63,369 nt of DNA, filler included, from Octopus bimaculoides (GCF_001194135.2; 4 parts of 4 records of this genome joined end to end with filler, not necessarily neighbours in it); one strand, 5' to 3'. Shown: positions 1 through 13,012, counted from the whole stretch's first letter. Notes: generated from the letters alone by a model not told the origin. Program-made: numbers and translations.

Positions 1-9
1 TATATATAT

Positions 10-205
10 AATTGCAGTGTGGAAGGTGTTTATAAGCCATTTAAGAAACACACAAAAACCGTGCTGCACGAAATTTTGTCAGTGAACAGGTCGCGGTCTC
101 AAAGCGACGAAAATATTTTGGTAAATTAAATTTAAATGTTGAAGTGAATCTAACGGTTTTTGTGTGTTTCTTAAATGGCTTATAAACACCTTCCACGCTG
201 CAATT
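10..205. mobile_element. MITE, about 196 bp, with 52-bp terminal inverted repeats
   Basis: 10-61 aattgcagtgtggaaggtgtttataagccatttaagaaacacacaaaaaccgt is the reverse complement of 153-205 with one mismatch. Confidence 0.8.
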
Positions 206-704
206 GTTTTCGTTCCAGCACACAATCTCAGATCAGGTCGCTTGCTATGCAAGTACATCTCCCTATATATATAAATATCCATGCCAGCATGGAAGGCAGA
301 CATTAAATGATGATGATGATGATGATGACAATCATGATGACATGTATATGAAATATGAGAGAAAGAAGTCATTATTTACTACAATTGCTACCAGCACCTT
401 GTGGGCTAGATGTTATACAAACAGCTATTGTGCATCGAAGGTGCAGATGTGATCTTATCAAGTTACTTGTCAAAAGGTATTCCGTTTTTAAATTTGTGTT
501 TCACTTATTTCTGTTACAACATATTTTGTTAATTGTAGAGCATTTCTTTCTCTTATGTTTTATAAATTCTATGGACGCAAAGGAATTTCTGAAGAAAATT
601 CAGTGGAACATAACACCATCCTGTTAATGACATCAATACAAGGTGTACACCCAAATTATTACTTATATATATATTTTATCGATGCAAGTGTGTCTGCGTG
701 GTAA

Positions 705-935
705 GGCGGCGAACTGGCAGAAACGTTAGCATGCCGGGCGAAATGCTTAGCGGTATTTCGTCTGCCTCTATGTTCTGAGTTCAAATTCCATCGAGGTCGA
801 CTTTCTCTTTCATCCTTTCGGGGTCGATTAAATAAGTACCAGTTAAGTACTGGGGTCGATATAATCGACTTAATCTGTTTGTCTGTCCTTGTTTGTCCCC
901 TCTGTGTGTAGCCACTTGTGGGCAGTAAAGAAATA
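705..935 (+). mobile_element. SINE family A (ggcgagctggcagaaacgttagc...ttctgagttcaaattcc)
   Basis: Recurs near 2795, 20270(-), 23035(-), 27770, 30790(-), 38684 and 38908 (tandem), 43060(-), 43200(-), 51935, 61195 and 61935; has a B-box-like GAGTTCAAAT. Confidence 0.8.
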
Positions 936-2051
936 AGAAGCTTACTTCCCAACCACATCATTCTGGGTTCAACCCCACTGCATGACATCTTGGGCAAGCA
1001 TCTTCTACGATAGAGTCAGGCCAACCAAAACCTTGTGAGTGGATCTGGTAGACAGAAACTGAAAGAAGCCCATCATATATATATATATGTATATCAAATG
1101 GATGTCTTACAAAACCATTCTGCATTGAACCCGGAACCATGTGGTTGGGAAGCAAGTTTCTTACTACACAGCCACACCTTCACCTATATAATACACACAC
1201 ACACACACACACACACTAGCTTAAAAGCTGCACTAGCTCTTGCAGAAGTTTAATTGAGCTTGCAGCCCAAAACTAAAGAGAGTTAAATAGCATGACTATA
1301 ACATGTCTATAATGCCTATATGACCTGGCGGCATTTGATCAGAAGTTAAGTTCCAAGTTGAATTCTAACTGTTGGTCAATTTATCCCAAAGTTCTTATCT
1401 CAACGTAAAATTAAAGCAAATGTCACTTATCTTCACCTTGATTTCTGACATCATCTGACAAACGCCAACCAAGATGGCGTAAACCAGCCAAGCTTTACCT
1501 GCTAGAAATAGCAACCTAAATGCTTTTAAATCAGATCCCAGTGCTGGATGTCCAAGAACCAAATGAAGGGCAGATTTTCAATCCTGGGATCATCCTGATT
1601 CCAAGAAATTATAATATGTTTATGTAGAGCAAATGTAGACTGAGATACAGGGGTCCCAGACAGACAGAATTTCAGTTTTATTAATATAGATATATATAGA
1701 CATCTCAAAATAGTCACGGTCTTTTTTTTCAAAGATTTATTTCTAGAAACCAAATAATGTCATTTGAAAAATTTGAATACTTAATCTAGTATTTAGTACA
1801 CATACTTTGACAAGTTTTAAATTTAACCTGTTTGGGCATCGTACTAACAAGTAATATCTGCAAGAAGAAAGCAGTATAAAGAGAGGTGTCCATTTACTTT
1901 TGGGATGTTAGTGTATATTCAAGTAGCATTCATTCACTCACATGTAACTTCAATGAAAAATAAAATAATGCAAAAATACGTCAATAAAAGCTTCAAATGA
2001 AATTAGAAAAGAAAAGAAGAGATAAATAAAATCCAAGAAGAAATGACTCAC

Positions 2052-2269
2052 CAATCGGTGTTTAGTATGTATGTCATGTGATATAGTGATTTTGTCCTGG
2101 AAGCCAGCATCAATGAGCCATCCAATCCTTTCTATCCGCTGGGCATCACTTGGCATATCGATGTTCTCTTCCTGTTGGTAGTGAGAGGTTTCGATTCCAA
2201 ACAGATCAAACTCACAATAAGACTTCATCTCAGCAAACTCAAGAATGGATTCTTTGTCGAGGAGGGTTC
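2052..2269 (-). CDS. PTER: PTER coding exon (penultimate)
   Basis: aattAG|GA ACC...TTG|GTgagt; 218 nt; TLLDKESILEFAEMKSYCEFDLFGIETSHYQQEENIDMPSDAQRIERIGWLIDAGFQDKITISHDIHTKHRL, with the SHDIH catalytic Asp. The final MKYGGHG exon was not found in 1-2051. Confidence 0.95.
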
Positions 2270-3349
2270 CTAATTTAACATTAAGATAGAGACATTGTCG
2301 TCATCATCATCATCATCATGAACAGCTGCAGGATAACCAGCCACAGTTATCCTCACCATAATCATCATCATCATTTTGACGACAAGTCCCTTAATCCCTT
2401 GGGGGTTGTTGGGGCATTGCAGCCATGCAGCATATCTAAGTTGAGGAAGCCTGACAGAGCCCATTCCTCCCCAGGCTAAACTCATTTCTACAGCTGAGTG
2501 AACTGGAGCAACATGAAGTGTTTTGCTCAAGAACACAATGGATTGCCCAGTCCAGGGATTGAAACCACAATCTTACAGTTGTGAGTTGAACACCCTAACC
2601 ACTAAGCAACATGCCTCCACAAGTGGTAGTCATTTCTATAGCTGAGTAGACTGGAGCAACATGAAATGAAGTGTTTTGCACAAGAACACAAGGCATCGCT
2701 TGGTCCAGGAAACGAAATCACAATCTTGTGATCACAAATCCAATGCCCTAACCACTAAGCCATTACTACCATTATTATTATGACTAAGGAAGCAATCTGG
2801 CAGGATTGTTAGTCTGCTAGGAAAAAAAGCTTAGTAGTATTTCATCCATTTTTACATTCTGAGTTCAAATTCTGCCAAGGTTGGCTTTGCTTTTTATCCT
2901 TTTGGGGTCAATAAAAGAAGAACCTGGCAGGTCAAGTATAGGGGTCAGTAAAATCATTTTTTCCCAAAATTTCTGTCTATAATAGAAAGGATTATAGCCA
3001 TCAGCATCATCATCATTGCTTTTGTATTCACCACCACCATCATTAATATCATTATTATTACTACCCCATCATCATCATCATCACCAATGCTACAACAACC
3101 ATCAATATAATTACCGTCTTCATTCTTGCCATTACAACCATCATTGTAATTACCAAAACCACCATCATCATTGCTTCAGCCACCATTCATCATAATCATC
3201 ATCAGCATTATTGCCAACACCATCATCACCATACTTAATCTAATCAACATTATTACATCACTACAGGCCTTATCAGATACATTCATTTGATGAGCCAACA
3301 AAACTTTAAGCTACTTGGAGCTGAATCAAACTTATCCATCATCATGATT

Positions 3350-3381
<32 letters not shown>

Positions 3382-3854
3382 ACACATGATCATCATCATT
3401 TAATGTCTGTTCCCCATAGTGGCATAGGCTGGCCAATTTGATCAGAGCTGGTAAGCCAGAGAGCTGCACCAGGTCCCAGTTGCCTGTTTTGGTATGGTCT
3501 CTACAAATGGACACTTTTCCTTATGCCAACCATTTTACAGAGTGAACTGGGTGCTTTTATGCGGTGTTAGCACAGGTGCTTTTATTTAAAAAAAGTTGTG
3601 GCTATTACCAGTGTCATGTAAATGGCATGTGAAAAGCACCCATTACACTCTTGGAGTGGTTGGTGTTAGGAAGGGCATCCCAGCCATAGAAACCATACCA
3701 AATCAGACTGGAACCTGGCTTAGCAGTTCCAGGCAAACCTTCCAGCCCATGCCAGCATGGAAAGTGAATGTTAAATGATGATTACACACACACACAAACA
3801 ACTCCAAAATAACTATATGTATTATTTATTTATTTGTTTGTTTGTTCTAAAAGA

Positions 3855-3947
3855 TTATTCCCCGAAGACGTGTATGACAACTTATATGTTTGACTTAAAC
3901 TTGACGGACAAATATAGCTTTATACAGAAATGTTGACATAGGAATAA
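3855..3947 (+). ncRNA. Degenerate hammerhead-like motif
   Basis: Stem I ttattcc/ggaataa (7 bp), core CCGAAGA (U4C), stem II tgtat/ataca with two unpaired nt, GAAA, stem III tgt-tg-aca, AUA triplet. Confidence 0.45.
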
Positions 3948-4009
3948 ATTACATTGATAATGGATATTAGCGTCAAATCTCTCTCTTAAATGTAAGAATT
4001 TTAAACTTT

Positions 4010-4128
<119 letters not shown>

Positions 4129-4142
4129 AATATCACTAAATG

Positions 4143-4690
4143 TGACCAGGGTGTTAGACAACACCTACATTACTAGAAATAAGAGCTAAAACACTAATGG
4201 TGTGGTTAATGCACATGAATGAAAAAATATACATCAACAGAGACCATAATTGTCTGAAAAGTGCCAATCGAGAATGCTTAATATTGATGCATCAGTTTTG
4301 GTAATTTCTATCGCCTCATCAGTTAAGCCAGCTTTGCTTTGGCTCTTTCTAGACTCACTTCCCCATTAGTATTTATGTTTTCCTCATCTGCATAATTCGC
4401 ATTTAGTGACATTTGTAATTCTCTTTTTTGGTGAAACATTACAAACTACTGTTCATATTAATTTTATATATATACATTAGCAAATCGCTAAATCATCCAA
4501 TTACTTGGATGATGAAAACATAAATAATAATGGTGAAGTGAGTCTGGAGAGAGCCGAGCTGGTTTAACTGATGAGGTGACAAAAGTTGACAAAACTGATG
4601 TGTCAGTATTAAGCATTTCTGATCAGCAGCATTGTAGCATTTTAGCTCTTATTTCTAGCAATGTAGGTGTCTTTTAATAGCCTGGTTGCA
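4143..4690. repeat. Old imperfect inverted repeat (arms about 4143-4410 and 4480-4690), overlapping a direct repeat (4398-4476 and 4687-4768)
   Basis: cacctacattactagaaataagagctaaaa versus ttttagctcttatttctagcaatgtaggtg; gactcacttccccatta versus taatggtgaagtgagtc. Confidence 0.75.
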
Positions 4691-4865
4691 TTTAGTGACA
4701 ATTATAATTCTCCTTTATGATGAAATATTGCAAACTGCTGTTCATATTAATTTTATTTATATATACACACATATAGTTATGTTTCTGAAGTTTGTGTCGC
4801 ACCTTGTTGACAGATTTGCAGTTAAAATTCCCATGTTACATACAAAATTAAGAGGAATAACCACA

Positions 4866-5167
4866 AAAGTGGACACCTAATATGCTAAATGTAGATGTCA
4901 AATCACCATTACCACGAAGAGTGTGTTCTCAAGAAAAATCTCAGCAAAACACCAAAATGCAAAAATGAGCAAGGCAAATGAAAATATACGAAATAAAAAA
5001 CAATTACCTATGTACCCTGGTTTCATTTGTTAATATTTATTTCGTATATTTTCATTTGTCTTGCTCATTTTTACATTTTGGTATTTTGCTGAGATTTTTC
5101 TTGAGAACACACTCTTCGTGGTAATGGTGATTTGACGTCTACATTTAGCATATTAGGAGTCCACTTT
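4866..5167. repeat. Near-perfect foldback, 131-bp arms, 39-nt loop
   Basis: 4866-4996 is the reverse complement of 5036-5167 with about 5 mismatches, mostly transitions. Confidence 0.9.
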
Positions 5168-5171
5168 AGTG

Positions 5172-5338
5172 GTCATTCCTCTGAGTGGTTGGCGTTAGGA
5201 AGGGCATCCAGCTGTAGAAACTCTGCCAAATCAGACTGGAGCCTGGTGTTGCCATCCGGTTTCACCAGTCCTCAGTCAAATCGTCCAACCCATGCTAGCA
5301 TGGAAAGCGGACGTTAAACGATGATGATGATGATGATG

Positions 5339-5340
<2 letters not shown>
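5172..5340 (+). mobile_element. Repeat family C (gagtggttggcgttaggaagggcatccagc...gacgttaaacgatgatg) with (GAT)n tail
   Basis: Copies near 3540, 14926(-), 19885(-), 24470, 27300, 28810 and 59870(-), typically ending in GAT repeats. Confidence 0.75.
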
Positions 5341-5376
<36 letters not shown>

Positions 5377-6668
5377 GGAAGAGCTTAGGTTCAAAACGTT
5401 AAAGATTTTTTCACTTCCCAAGCATTATACTAATACATCTGTTTGTTGTCTACAGCACCTGTCTTCGTCTTTTTTTTATTGTGAATTCTCCCCCTAGATA
5501 TATATATATAAAACACACGATGAGCCATGTGTTCTCTGCATTGTACTGAAGATTAAGATTGAGTTTCTGCTCTTTTTGGTTTCGGTGAACATACATAAAC
5601 CAGTTCATTAGTTTATGTCTCTTTGCATTAAAATGCAACATATTTGATCAACAGGTACCAGACTGAAATAAACAGTGGGTAGCCATAATTTGATGAATGA
5701 ATTCAGTAGTAGTAGTAGTAGTATGGGAGCATGTGCTGTAACTGTATCCCTGCATCCATCATATGTTGGTGGTGGTTCCCTATTATCCCTGCCAAAAGAT
5801 GCCGCTGTACCACCCAGGCAACAACCCTCCAACCCCATAGGTCGGTTTGGGTAGTCATTGCTGGTAAAGGTTTTACGAGGTCAGAGTGCAAATCCTACTT
5901 TGGCTTCTTCTAGTCACCTTTCACGACATTCAGAGGAAAGATTGGGTCTAATCTTTGACATGCCAGTCCCCACACAGCACTTGAACAACAACCATGTGTG
6001 TATATAAGCAAACTTACATTTCTTTTTTTTTTTAAAGTCAAATGTGTATCTTACGATATAGACAAGAAAGTGATATTTTCAAATGCAGTATTGCCATTGA
6101 AACAGCAGAAATAATGGGTAATATTACCCTTACAAGATGGAAAAAGTTGTCGACAAACAGCCATGAGAGTTGAACTCACACCCCTCAAGACACTGGCTGA
6201 GTGCTTTACCATTAAGCTAAACTACCTGCTGACAACATTTCCACTGATTTTAAATGCTAAACAGATAGCTCATAGAAATGTAACGACCACATGTGTATAA
6301 ACAAACATTTGTCTTTACTTAGAAGCATCGAATGTGTATTGTACAATACAGACAAGAAAGTGATATTTTTGAATGCAGTATCACCATTAAAACACCAGAA
6401 AAACTGGATGTTGTTACCTTTACAAGGCAGAATCCCATGGTTGTTTGTTGATAACTTTTTCCGCTTTGTAAGAGTAATAATATCCAATTTTTCTGCTCTT
6501 TTAACAATAATACTGTGTATGAAATGAAGTGTTTTGCTCAAGAACACACACCACTCGGTCCAAGAATTGAATCCATGATCATCAAATCTCAAGTGCAACA
6601 CCCTAGCCATTAGGTCACATGCCTTCACACTGAATCCAGTAAGGGAAATTAAAAGAAACTATACTTAC

Positions 6669-6833
6669 TGTCCAGATGGGATATTACAATCTGGTCAGCT
6701 TTCGCTCCTGCTTCTGTCAAAATCCTCAGAATCTCAGCAGGTGCTTTGGGATTCCTCCCTGGGTGAATAATTATTGGACACCCTGTGTGTTCTTGTGTCA
6801 TTCCTGCAGCTCTCAGTACCTTACGTTCACTGT
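6669..6833 (-). CDS. PTER: PTER coding exon
   Basis: ttccAG|AC AGT...GAC A|GTaagt; 165 nt; (D)SERKVLRAAGMTQEHTGCPIIIHPGRNPKAPAEILRILTEAGAKADQIVISHLD(R), with two metal-ligand His motifs (IHPG, SHLD). Confidence 0.95.
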
Positions 6834-6934
6834 CTGGAATTGGAGATTTGGTAGGATTACACATAGAATTATATAAAATCAATAAAGAAATATACCTTCT
6901 CCGTTTAATAACAAATCTCATATGTAAAACAATT

Positions 6935-7096
6935 AGGTGCAGGTGTGGTTGTGTGGTAAGAAGCTTGCTTCCCAAACACATGGTTCCAGGTTCATTCCCA
7001 CTGCATGGCACCTTGGGCAAGTGTCGTCTACTATAGCCTCAGGCCACCGAAGCATTGTCAGTGGATTTGGTCGATGGAAACTGAAAGAAGCCTGTC

Positions 7097-7138
<42 letters not shown>

Positions 7139-7265
7139 ATGTGTCTTTGTTTGTCCGTCCACCGTTGCTTGGCAACTGATGTTGGTGTTTACATCCCCAT
7201 AACTTACCGGTTCAGCCAAGAGACTGACAGAATGAATACTAGGCTTAGAGGCAATAAGTTCTGGG
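6935..7265 (+). mobile_element. SINE family B (ggctgtgtggtaagaagcttgcttcccaaccacatggttcc...) with internal microsatellite and tail
   Basis: Copies near 937, 13075(-), 23500(-), 23955, 28624, 54770, 55347 and 56660(-); tail copies near 23250(-), 29870, 31860(-), 35480(-), 43900 and 59145(-). Confidence 0.8.
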
Positions 7266-7356
7266 GGTGATTTGTTCAGCAGAAACCCTTTTCATCACAA
7301 GATATATATAGATATATATAAAATCAGAATAAGTCACAGGATATCAAGTAGTGATG

Positions 7357-7440
7357 CAGTACAACTGTTTCAAGTGGCTCCTTTTAAATAAACAATGCAA
7401 TCATTACATCAATTTAAAAGCAGTACCATCTTCAGTTGCA
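7357..7440 (-). ncRNA. Degenerate hammerhead-like motif, homologous to 8089-8168
   Basis: Minus strand CTGAAGA...ggagccactt GAAA C a GTT; internal gtaatgattgcattg and downstream flank match the 8089 copy. Confidence 0.45.
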
Positions 7441-8088
7441 CAAATAAATATAATTTTAACAAGTAGGACACATTATATATACTATGTCCACTAAGAATCA
7501 AAACCACTGGGAATTGGCAGTTAAGTTCTAGTTGCTGATGATAAATTAATTAATGTCAGATACTCTCTCAAACCCCTAATTCACTATGGCTATAAATTCC
7601 CTATGACCACATAAAGAAATAAATCTCAGAAGAAGTCAGTAAGATAGAAGTATATGCCCAGAAAGAGGGTGGGTAGGGGTGACATAAACTATTTTATTAT
7701 TATCAGTTAAAAGGGGCCTAAAATAGAAAACAAAGGAGGTCACAATGAGATCTAAATGGGCATTAAGGGTATGGGGGTGGGGAAGTATAACCAAAATTTA
7801 GCAACATTTATATATTATTATATTTTGTATAATAAAAAGTAATATTTTAAAATTTAGAAAGAGATATAAGGACCAAGAAAGAGAAGAAGGATATATAAAC
7901 TATATATGTAGTTATATTACCATTTCATGACCACTCCAAATTATAGTTGGGGTATTTTCTCCCTAAGTTCATTCTGCTACAATAATGGCAACAATCATGT
8001 AATTATTTTAGTCTCTAATTCTGATGAAATATTTACTAAAAATTTATAATAGAGTATCCTGTATATTGAAAACTTATTTGGTCTTATG

Positions 8089-8168
8089 TACCTGAAGAAG
8101 GCGGTGTATTTGAAATTAATGTAATGCTTGCATTGTTCAATTAAATGGAGCCACCTGAAACGGTCGTA
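8089..8168 (+). ncRNA. Type I hammerhead-like motif in a Penelope-LTR-like remnant
   Basis: tac CTGAAGA aggcgg...ccacct GAAA C g GTC gta; stem II has one mismatch and an extended loop; stem I is only 3 bp. Confidence 0.55.
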
Positions 8169-9396
8169 ATGCATTAATACCTTGACATCCTTGTTACTTA
8201 TTTGCTTTTTATTCACCTTACTTCGAGCTGTGCGGATAATACCGGACTGACTTGGTACCTCAACTTAAGTACCTGATTCAACTGTATCTTAATTATTTCT
8301 TATAGATATATGTGTGTGTGTGTGTGTGTGTGTATGAGTGGGTGTGCATATATATATATGTGAGTGTGTGTGTGTGTGTGTGTATATCTAAACCTTTTTT
8401 ATTTTCTCTCCNNNNNNNNNNNNNNNNNNNNNNNNNNNNNNNNNNNNNNNNNNNNNNNNNNNNNNNNNNNNNNNNNNNNNNNNNNNNNNNNNNNNNNNNN
8501 NNNNNNNNNNNNNNNNNNNNNNNNNNNNNNNNNNNNNNNNNNNNNNNNNNNNNNNNNNNNNNNNNNNNNNNNNNNNNNNNNNNNNNNNNNNNNNNNNNNN
8601 NNNNNNNNNNNNNNNNNNNNNNNNNNNNNNNNNNNNNNNNNNNNNNNNNNNNNNNNNNNNNNNNNNNNNNNNNNNNNNNNNNNNNNNNNNNNNNNNNNNN
8701 NNNNNNNNNNNNNNNNNNNNNNNNNNNNNNNNNNNNNNNNNNNNNNNNNNNNNNNNNNNNNNNNNNNNNNNNNNNNNNNNNNNNNNNNNNNNNNNNNNNN
8801 NNNNNNNNNNNNNNNNNNNNNNNNNNNNNNNNNNNNNNNNNNNNNNNNNNNNNNNNNNNNNNNNNNNNNNNNNNNNNNNNNNNNNNNNNNNNNNNNNNNN
8901 NNNNNNNNNNNNNNNNNNNNNNNNNNNNNNNNNNNNNNNNNNNNNNNNNNNNNNNNNNNNNNNNNNNNNNNNNNNNNNNNNNNNNNNNNNNNNNNNNNNN
9001 NNNNNNNNNNNNNNNNNNNNNNNNNNNNNNNNNNNNNNNNNNNNNNNNNNNNNNNNNNNNNNNNNNNNNNNNNNNNNNNNNNNNNNNNNNNNNNNNNNNN
9101 NNNNNNNNNNNNNNNNNNNNNNNNNNNNNNNNNNNNNNNNNNNNNNNNNNNNNNNNNNNNNNNNNNNNNNNNNNNNNNNNNNNNNNNNNNNNNNNNNNNN
9201 NNNNNNNNNNNNNNNNNNNNNNNNNNNNNNNNNNNNNNNNNNNNNNNNNNNNNNNNNNNNNNNNNNNNNNNNNNNNNNNNNNNNNNNNNNNNNNNNNNNN
9301 NNNNNNNNNNNNNNNNNNNNNNNNNNNNNNNNNNNNNNNNNNNNNNNNNNNNNNNNNNNNNNNNNNNNNNNNNNNNNNNNNNNNNNNNNNNNNNNN

Positions 9397-9453
<57 letters not shown>

Positions 9454-9454
<1 letters not shown>

Positions 9455-10610
9455 TAGCAAACGCACCCATCCTTTGGACAGTGTCATTTATTATAATGGC
9501 AGACTCCTTTGGGCAGTCTAAGTTGAATTAGCCTGCAGTTAGAATTCGTTTCAAATTGATAAACATAATGTATAATTACCAATTTCATTAGCAGTTTATT
9601 GTATGGTATTAAGCAAACTAGGTAATGAACACAAATTTTTGAACACAAATTTGGCAGTTAGTAATAAATGAAAGTCCATGAAATGAGATTGCAATTTCAA
9701 TAAGCATTAGAGATCCTATATCTTACCTGAAACGTTTTGTATCATGGACTTAGTTTTCTCGTAATGTCTGACACAACTTCATTGAAACTTTTTTTTCAAT
9801 GAAAGTCATGTATGATAAAGAAAAGCAAACCTTTATAGCAAACCCACAAATAGAAAAAGGGCATGTACAAAAATAAATGTCAGAGCATGCTTATGAGCGA
9901 ACAGCGTGCGTGAAGAAGGGTCATTGAAGGTAATGTACTGTTAACAGGAATCAGAGAAATGAAGCGAAATATCAATGAAATGCTTGCAGGAAGTCTGATT
10001 GCTAACAGCTACAGTTTGGCATAGAGGAGTAACTACTGTAGGGTTGTTTTGCAGATGACACTTTCAGTTTTTTCCTTCAGGAGCATAGATGAATAAGTTG
10101 TCTGGTTGGCCAACTCTGGAACGACCGATGTAAAACTGTCCATGGGACATTCGAAGGTCCAGTCAGACAACTTTCAGCAATTGACCTTCTGCCTTGTTAA
10201 TTGTCATGGCAAAGCTGAGTTTGAGAAGGAACTGAAGTTTCTGCATATGGTAGGGGCAGTCTGTTGGGGTTAATGGAATTTTTAACGTGATAATTTGGGC
10301 TTCAATAATGTGGTCCATCATTTGTTTGACCACAAGGTGAGTTCCATTGCATAGTGTTGGTGCATTTCGATTGTGTAGGAGGACGATAGTGCAACCAACT
10401 TTTAAATGAAGTTCATTGGGAGTCCTGGAAGATGTTGAGAATTGAGAAATTTTGTTGGAAAGCGTGTAACCTGATCGAGGTCAGTAATGGTGTCAATTGA
10501 TCTGTAACAACGTTCTTGAGAAGGTAGCTGACTGAGTAAGTCATAGTTAAGAGTGGTGACAGCTGCAATTGTAGGTGCAAGAACAGCTCTGTGCTAACAT
10601 GCAAATATCG
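9454..10610 (-). mobile_element. Helitron remnant: PIF1-helicase C-terminal fragment plus 3' hairpin and CTAG terminus
   Basis: 10033-10411 minus: LHLKVGCTIVLLHNRNAPTLCNGTHLVVKQMMDHIIEAQII...QFLLKLSFAMTINKAEGQLLKVV*LDLRMSHGQFYIGRSRVG. CTAG at 9454-9457 followed by T on the minus strand; decayed hairpin at 9465-9483. Confidence 0.85.
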
Positions 10611-11094
10611 GCAATTTACAGTGAATGGGCATTGTAAAAACTGTCACATGACTGTATAACTGTCACAGCTGTATAACTGTCACAGCTTGGCATGAGTAAA
10701 AGCAGAGAATATATATAATAAAGATTAATTTCTGAAGGCATTTAAAAAATACTTAAAAGTTGATTTAAATTGCATGGCTACCCTAAGGAAGTGCTAATGT
10801 GCAAATATCGATGGTTTGCAGTGAATGGACATTGTAAAAACTGTAGCAGAAGATGAAGTGGAAGTAGCACAATTATGTCATCAAGAGTAATGTTCCTTGA
10901 AGCAACGATCGTTGGTATTTGTTATTTACCCATGAGAAGGTGTTTTCGTTCCCTAGGGGTGGCATTACTAATTATATGGAAAATTTGAAGAGTTTATGAC
11001 TATCTCTGGAACATAAGTGATGTATGTTCCCAGCGTGAACAAAATTGAAATTATTGATGAAAAATATTGATTTAAGGGGGATCAAAAGGCCTGT

Positions 11095-11138
<44 letters not shown>

Positions 11139-11862
11139 TTTCCATTTTATTATTGAATTTTTTTTTATCTACATAGTAAAATACATTGATTGCAAATCTG
11201 GGAAATATATNNNNNNNNNNNNNNNNNNNNNNNNNNNNNNNNNNNNNNNNNNNNNNNNNNNNNNNNNNNNNNNNNNNNNNNNNNNNNNNNNNNNNNNNNN
11301 NNNNNNNNNNNNNNNNNNNNNNNNNNNNNNNNNNNNNNNNNNNNNNNNNNNNNNNNNNNNNNNNNNNNNNNNNNNNNNNNNNNNNNNNNNNNNNNNNNNN
11401 NNNNNNNNNNNNNNNNNNNNNNNNNNNNNNNNNNNNNNNNNNNNNNNNNNNNNNNNNNNNNNNNNNNNNNNNNNNNNNNNNNNNNNNNNNNNNNNNNNNN
11501 NNNNNNNNNNNNNNNNNNNNNNNNNNNNNNNNNNNNNNNNNNNNNNNNNNNNNNNNNNNNNNNNNNNNNNNNNNNNNNNNNNNNNNNNNNNNNNNNNNNN
11601 NNNNNNNNNNNNNNNNNNNNNNNNNNNNNNNNNNNNNTATTGAGAATGTGTTTTATGGGTGAAATCCTAATCTCCTGTATCGAAAACATGGGAATTAGAA
11701 GAGATTTAGGTAAAAAATAAGGTGGGGCACAAATGTTACCTTGGACATGCTAGAAACAACAGGTAAAGAACAGGATTTCTAGAAAAACTTCCTTCTAAAT
11801 TTATATTGAAGATCAGGTTTTTAAATTGGATTTGAGCTATAATTTTTTACATAACTTTTACC

Positions 11863-11906
<44 letters not shown>

Positions 11907-12130
11907 CAAAGGAAGTTATTTTATGGTATTCTTTCATTTGAAGCAGCAAAGTTGTCAACTCGATCATATAGGATCATATGATTGTTTGTTCATTTCTGCA
12001 AAAATTGTTTTATTTCTTTATGCTTTGAAGAAAGTGAAAAAGTGACAATTGCTTTGAAGTGAGGGCAGAAAATGTAAGATGTATGTGTATATGAAACGGA
12101 CGTGTGTGTCTTTGTGTACGAGAGAGAGAG

Positions 12131-12199
<69 letters not shown>

Positions 12200-13012
12200 G
12201 TGAGTGAAGGTGTGTGTTGCCATGCATGTATTATTTTGCATGTATGTGTAAGTGGCACTCACTTGCTCTCTCTCTCTCACACACACACACGTTTCACATA
12301 CACGTACATAAATACATATGCATACATCTTTTTTGTGTGTATGTGTGCATGTGAGAGAGTGAGTGAGTGATTGTATTTTCTCATAACATACAGAGAAGTG
12401 GACGTCTTTTAATAAAATGTTTTTGGTTGTGGTAGATTTTAATACAATATTTATGTGTACATTTTCATAGATGTCTGTCTGAGTAGAATTCTATGCATGC
12501 ATGAAACACCGGACGAAAGTGAAACATTAGAAGCAAATCAAAATATTGTCTGAAAATGACCTCAAAATTGTGCGACCTGACCTTGTTTCCGAGGTTATTT
12601 TAGTAGTAAAAAAGAGTTGTTGTGCCAAAAACATAGTTTATTTGGTATCCTTTATAGATATAGATAGAAGATAAGCAGCTTTCTTTATTATAGTACAGAT
12701 GTGGCTAATTCAGAGAAAAATGACTTTCATTATTCACGCATTGTCATTCTTGTAATGCAGCACTTTGTAATTTTGGTTCAAACTGAAAGAGTGAAACTAT
12801 TTTCATTTTCTAATGCAATCTGGTCATTGTAGATCAGTGTCTTTCAAATAACTATAGCTGGTTGTTGGAATAATGTAGAAAATATGTAAATGAGAATAAA
12901 GTTTATTTGGTGACCTTAAGATTACTGAATCTTTTGATACCCCTTACGTCAAAATCGGCAACTCAGTTTTCAAATGCATAAGGAACATACGCACACACAC
13001 ACACACACAAAC

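Noticed and set aside
1526-1753. Candidate final PTER exon
   Set aside because: No GGHGY or NP..WL motif; overlaps an interspersed repeat also seen near 11640, 53290 and 57790.
12505-12530. ccggacga...gaaac hammerhead-like string
   Set aside because: No stem II or stem I pairing.
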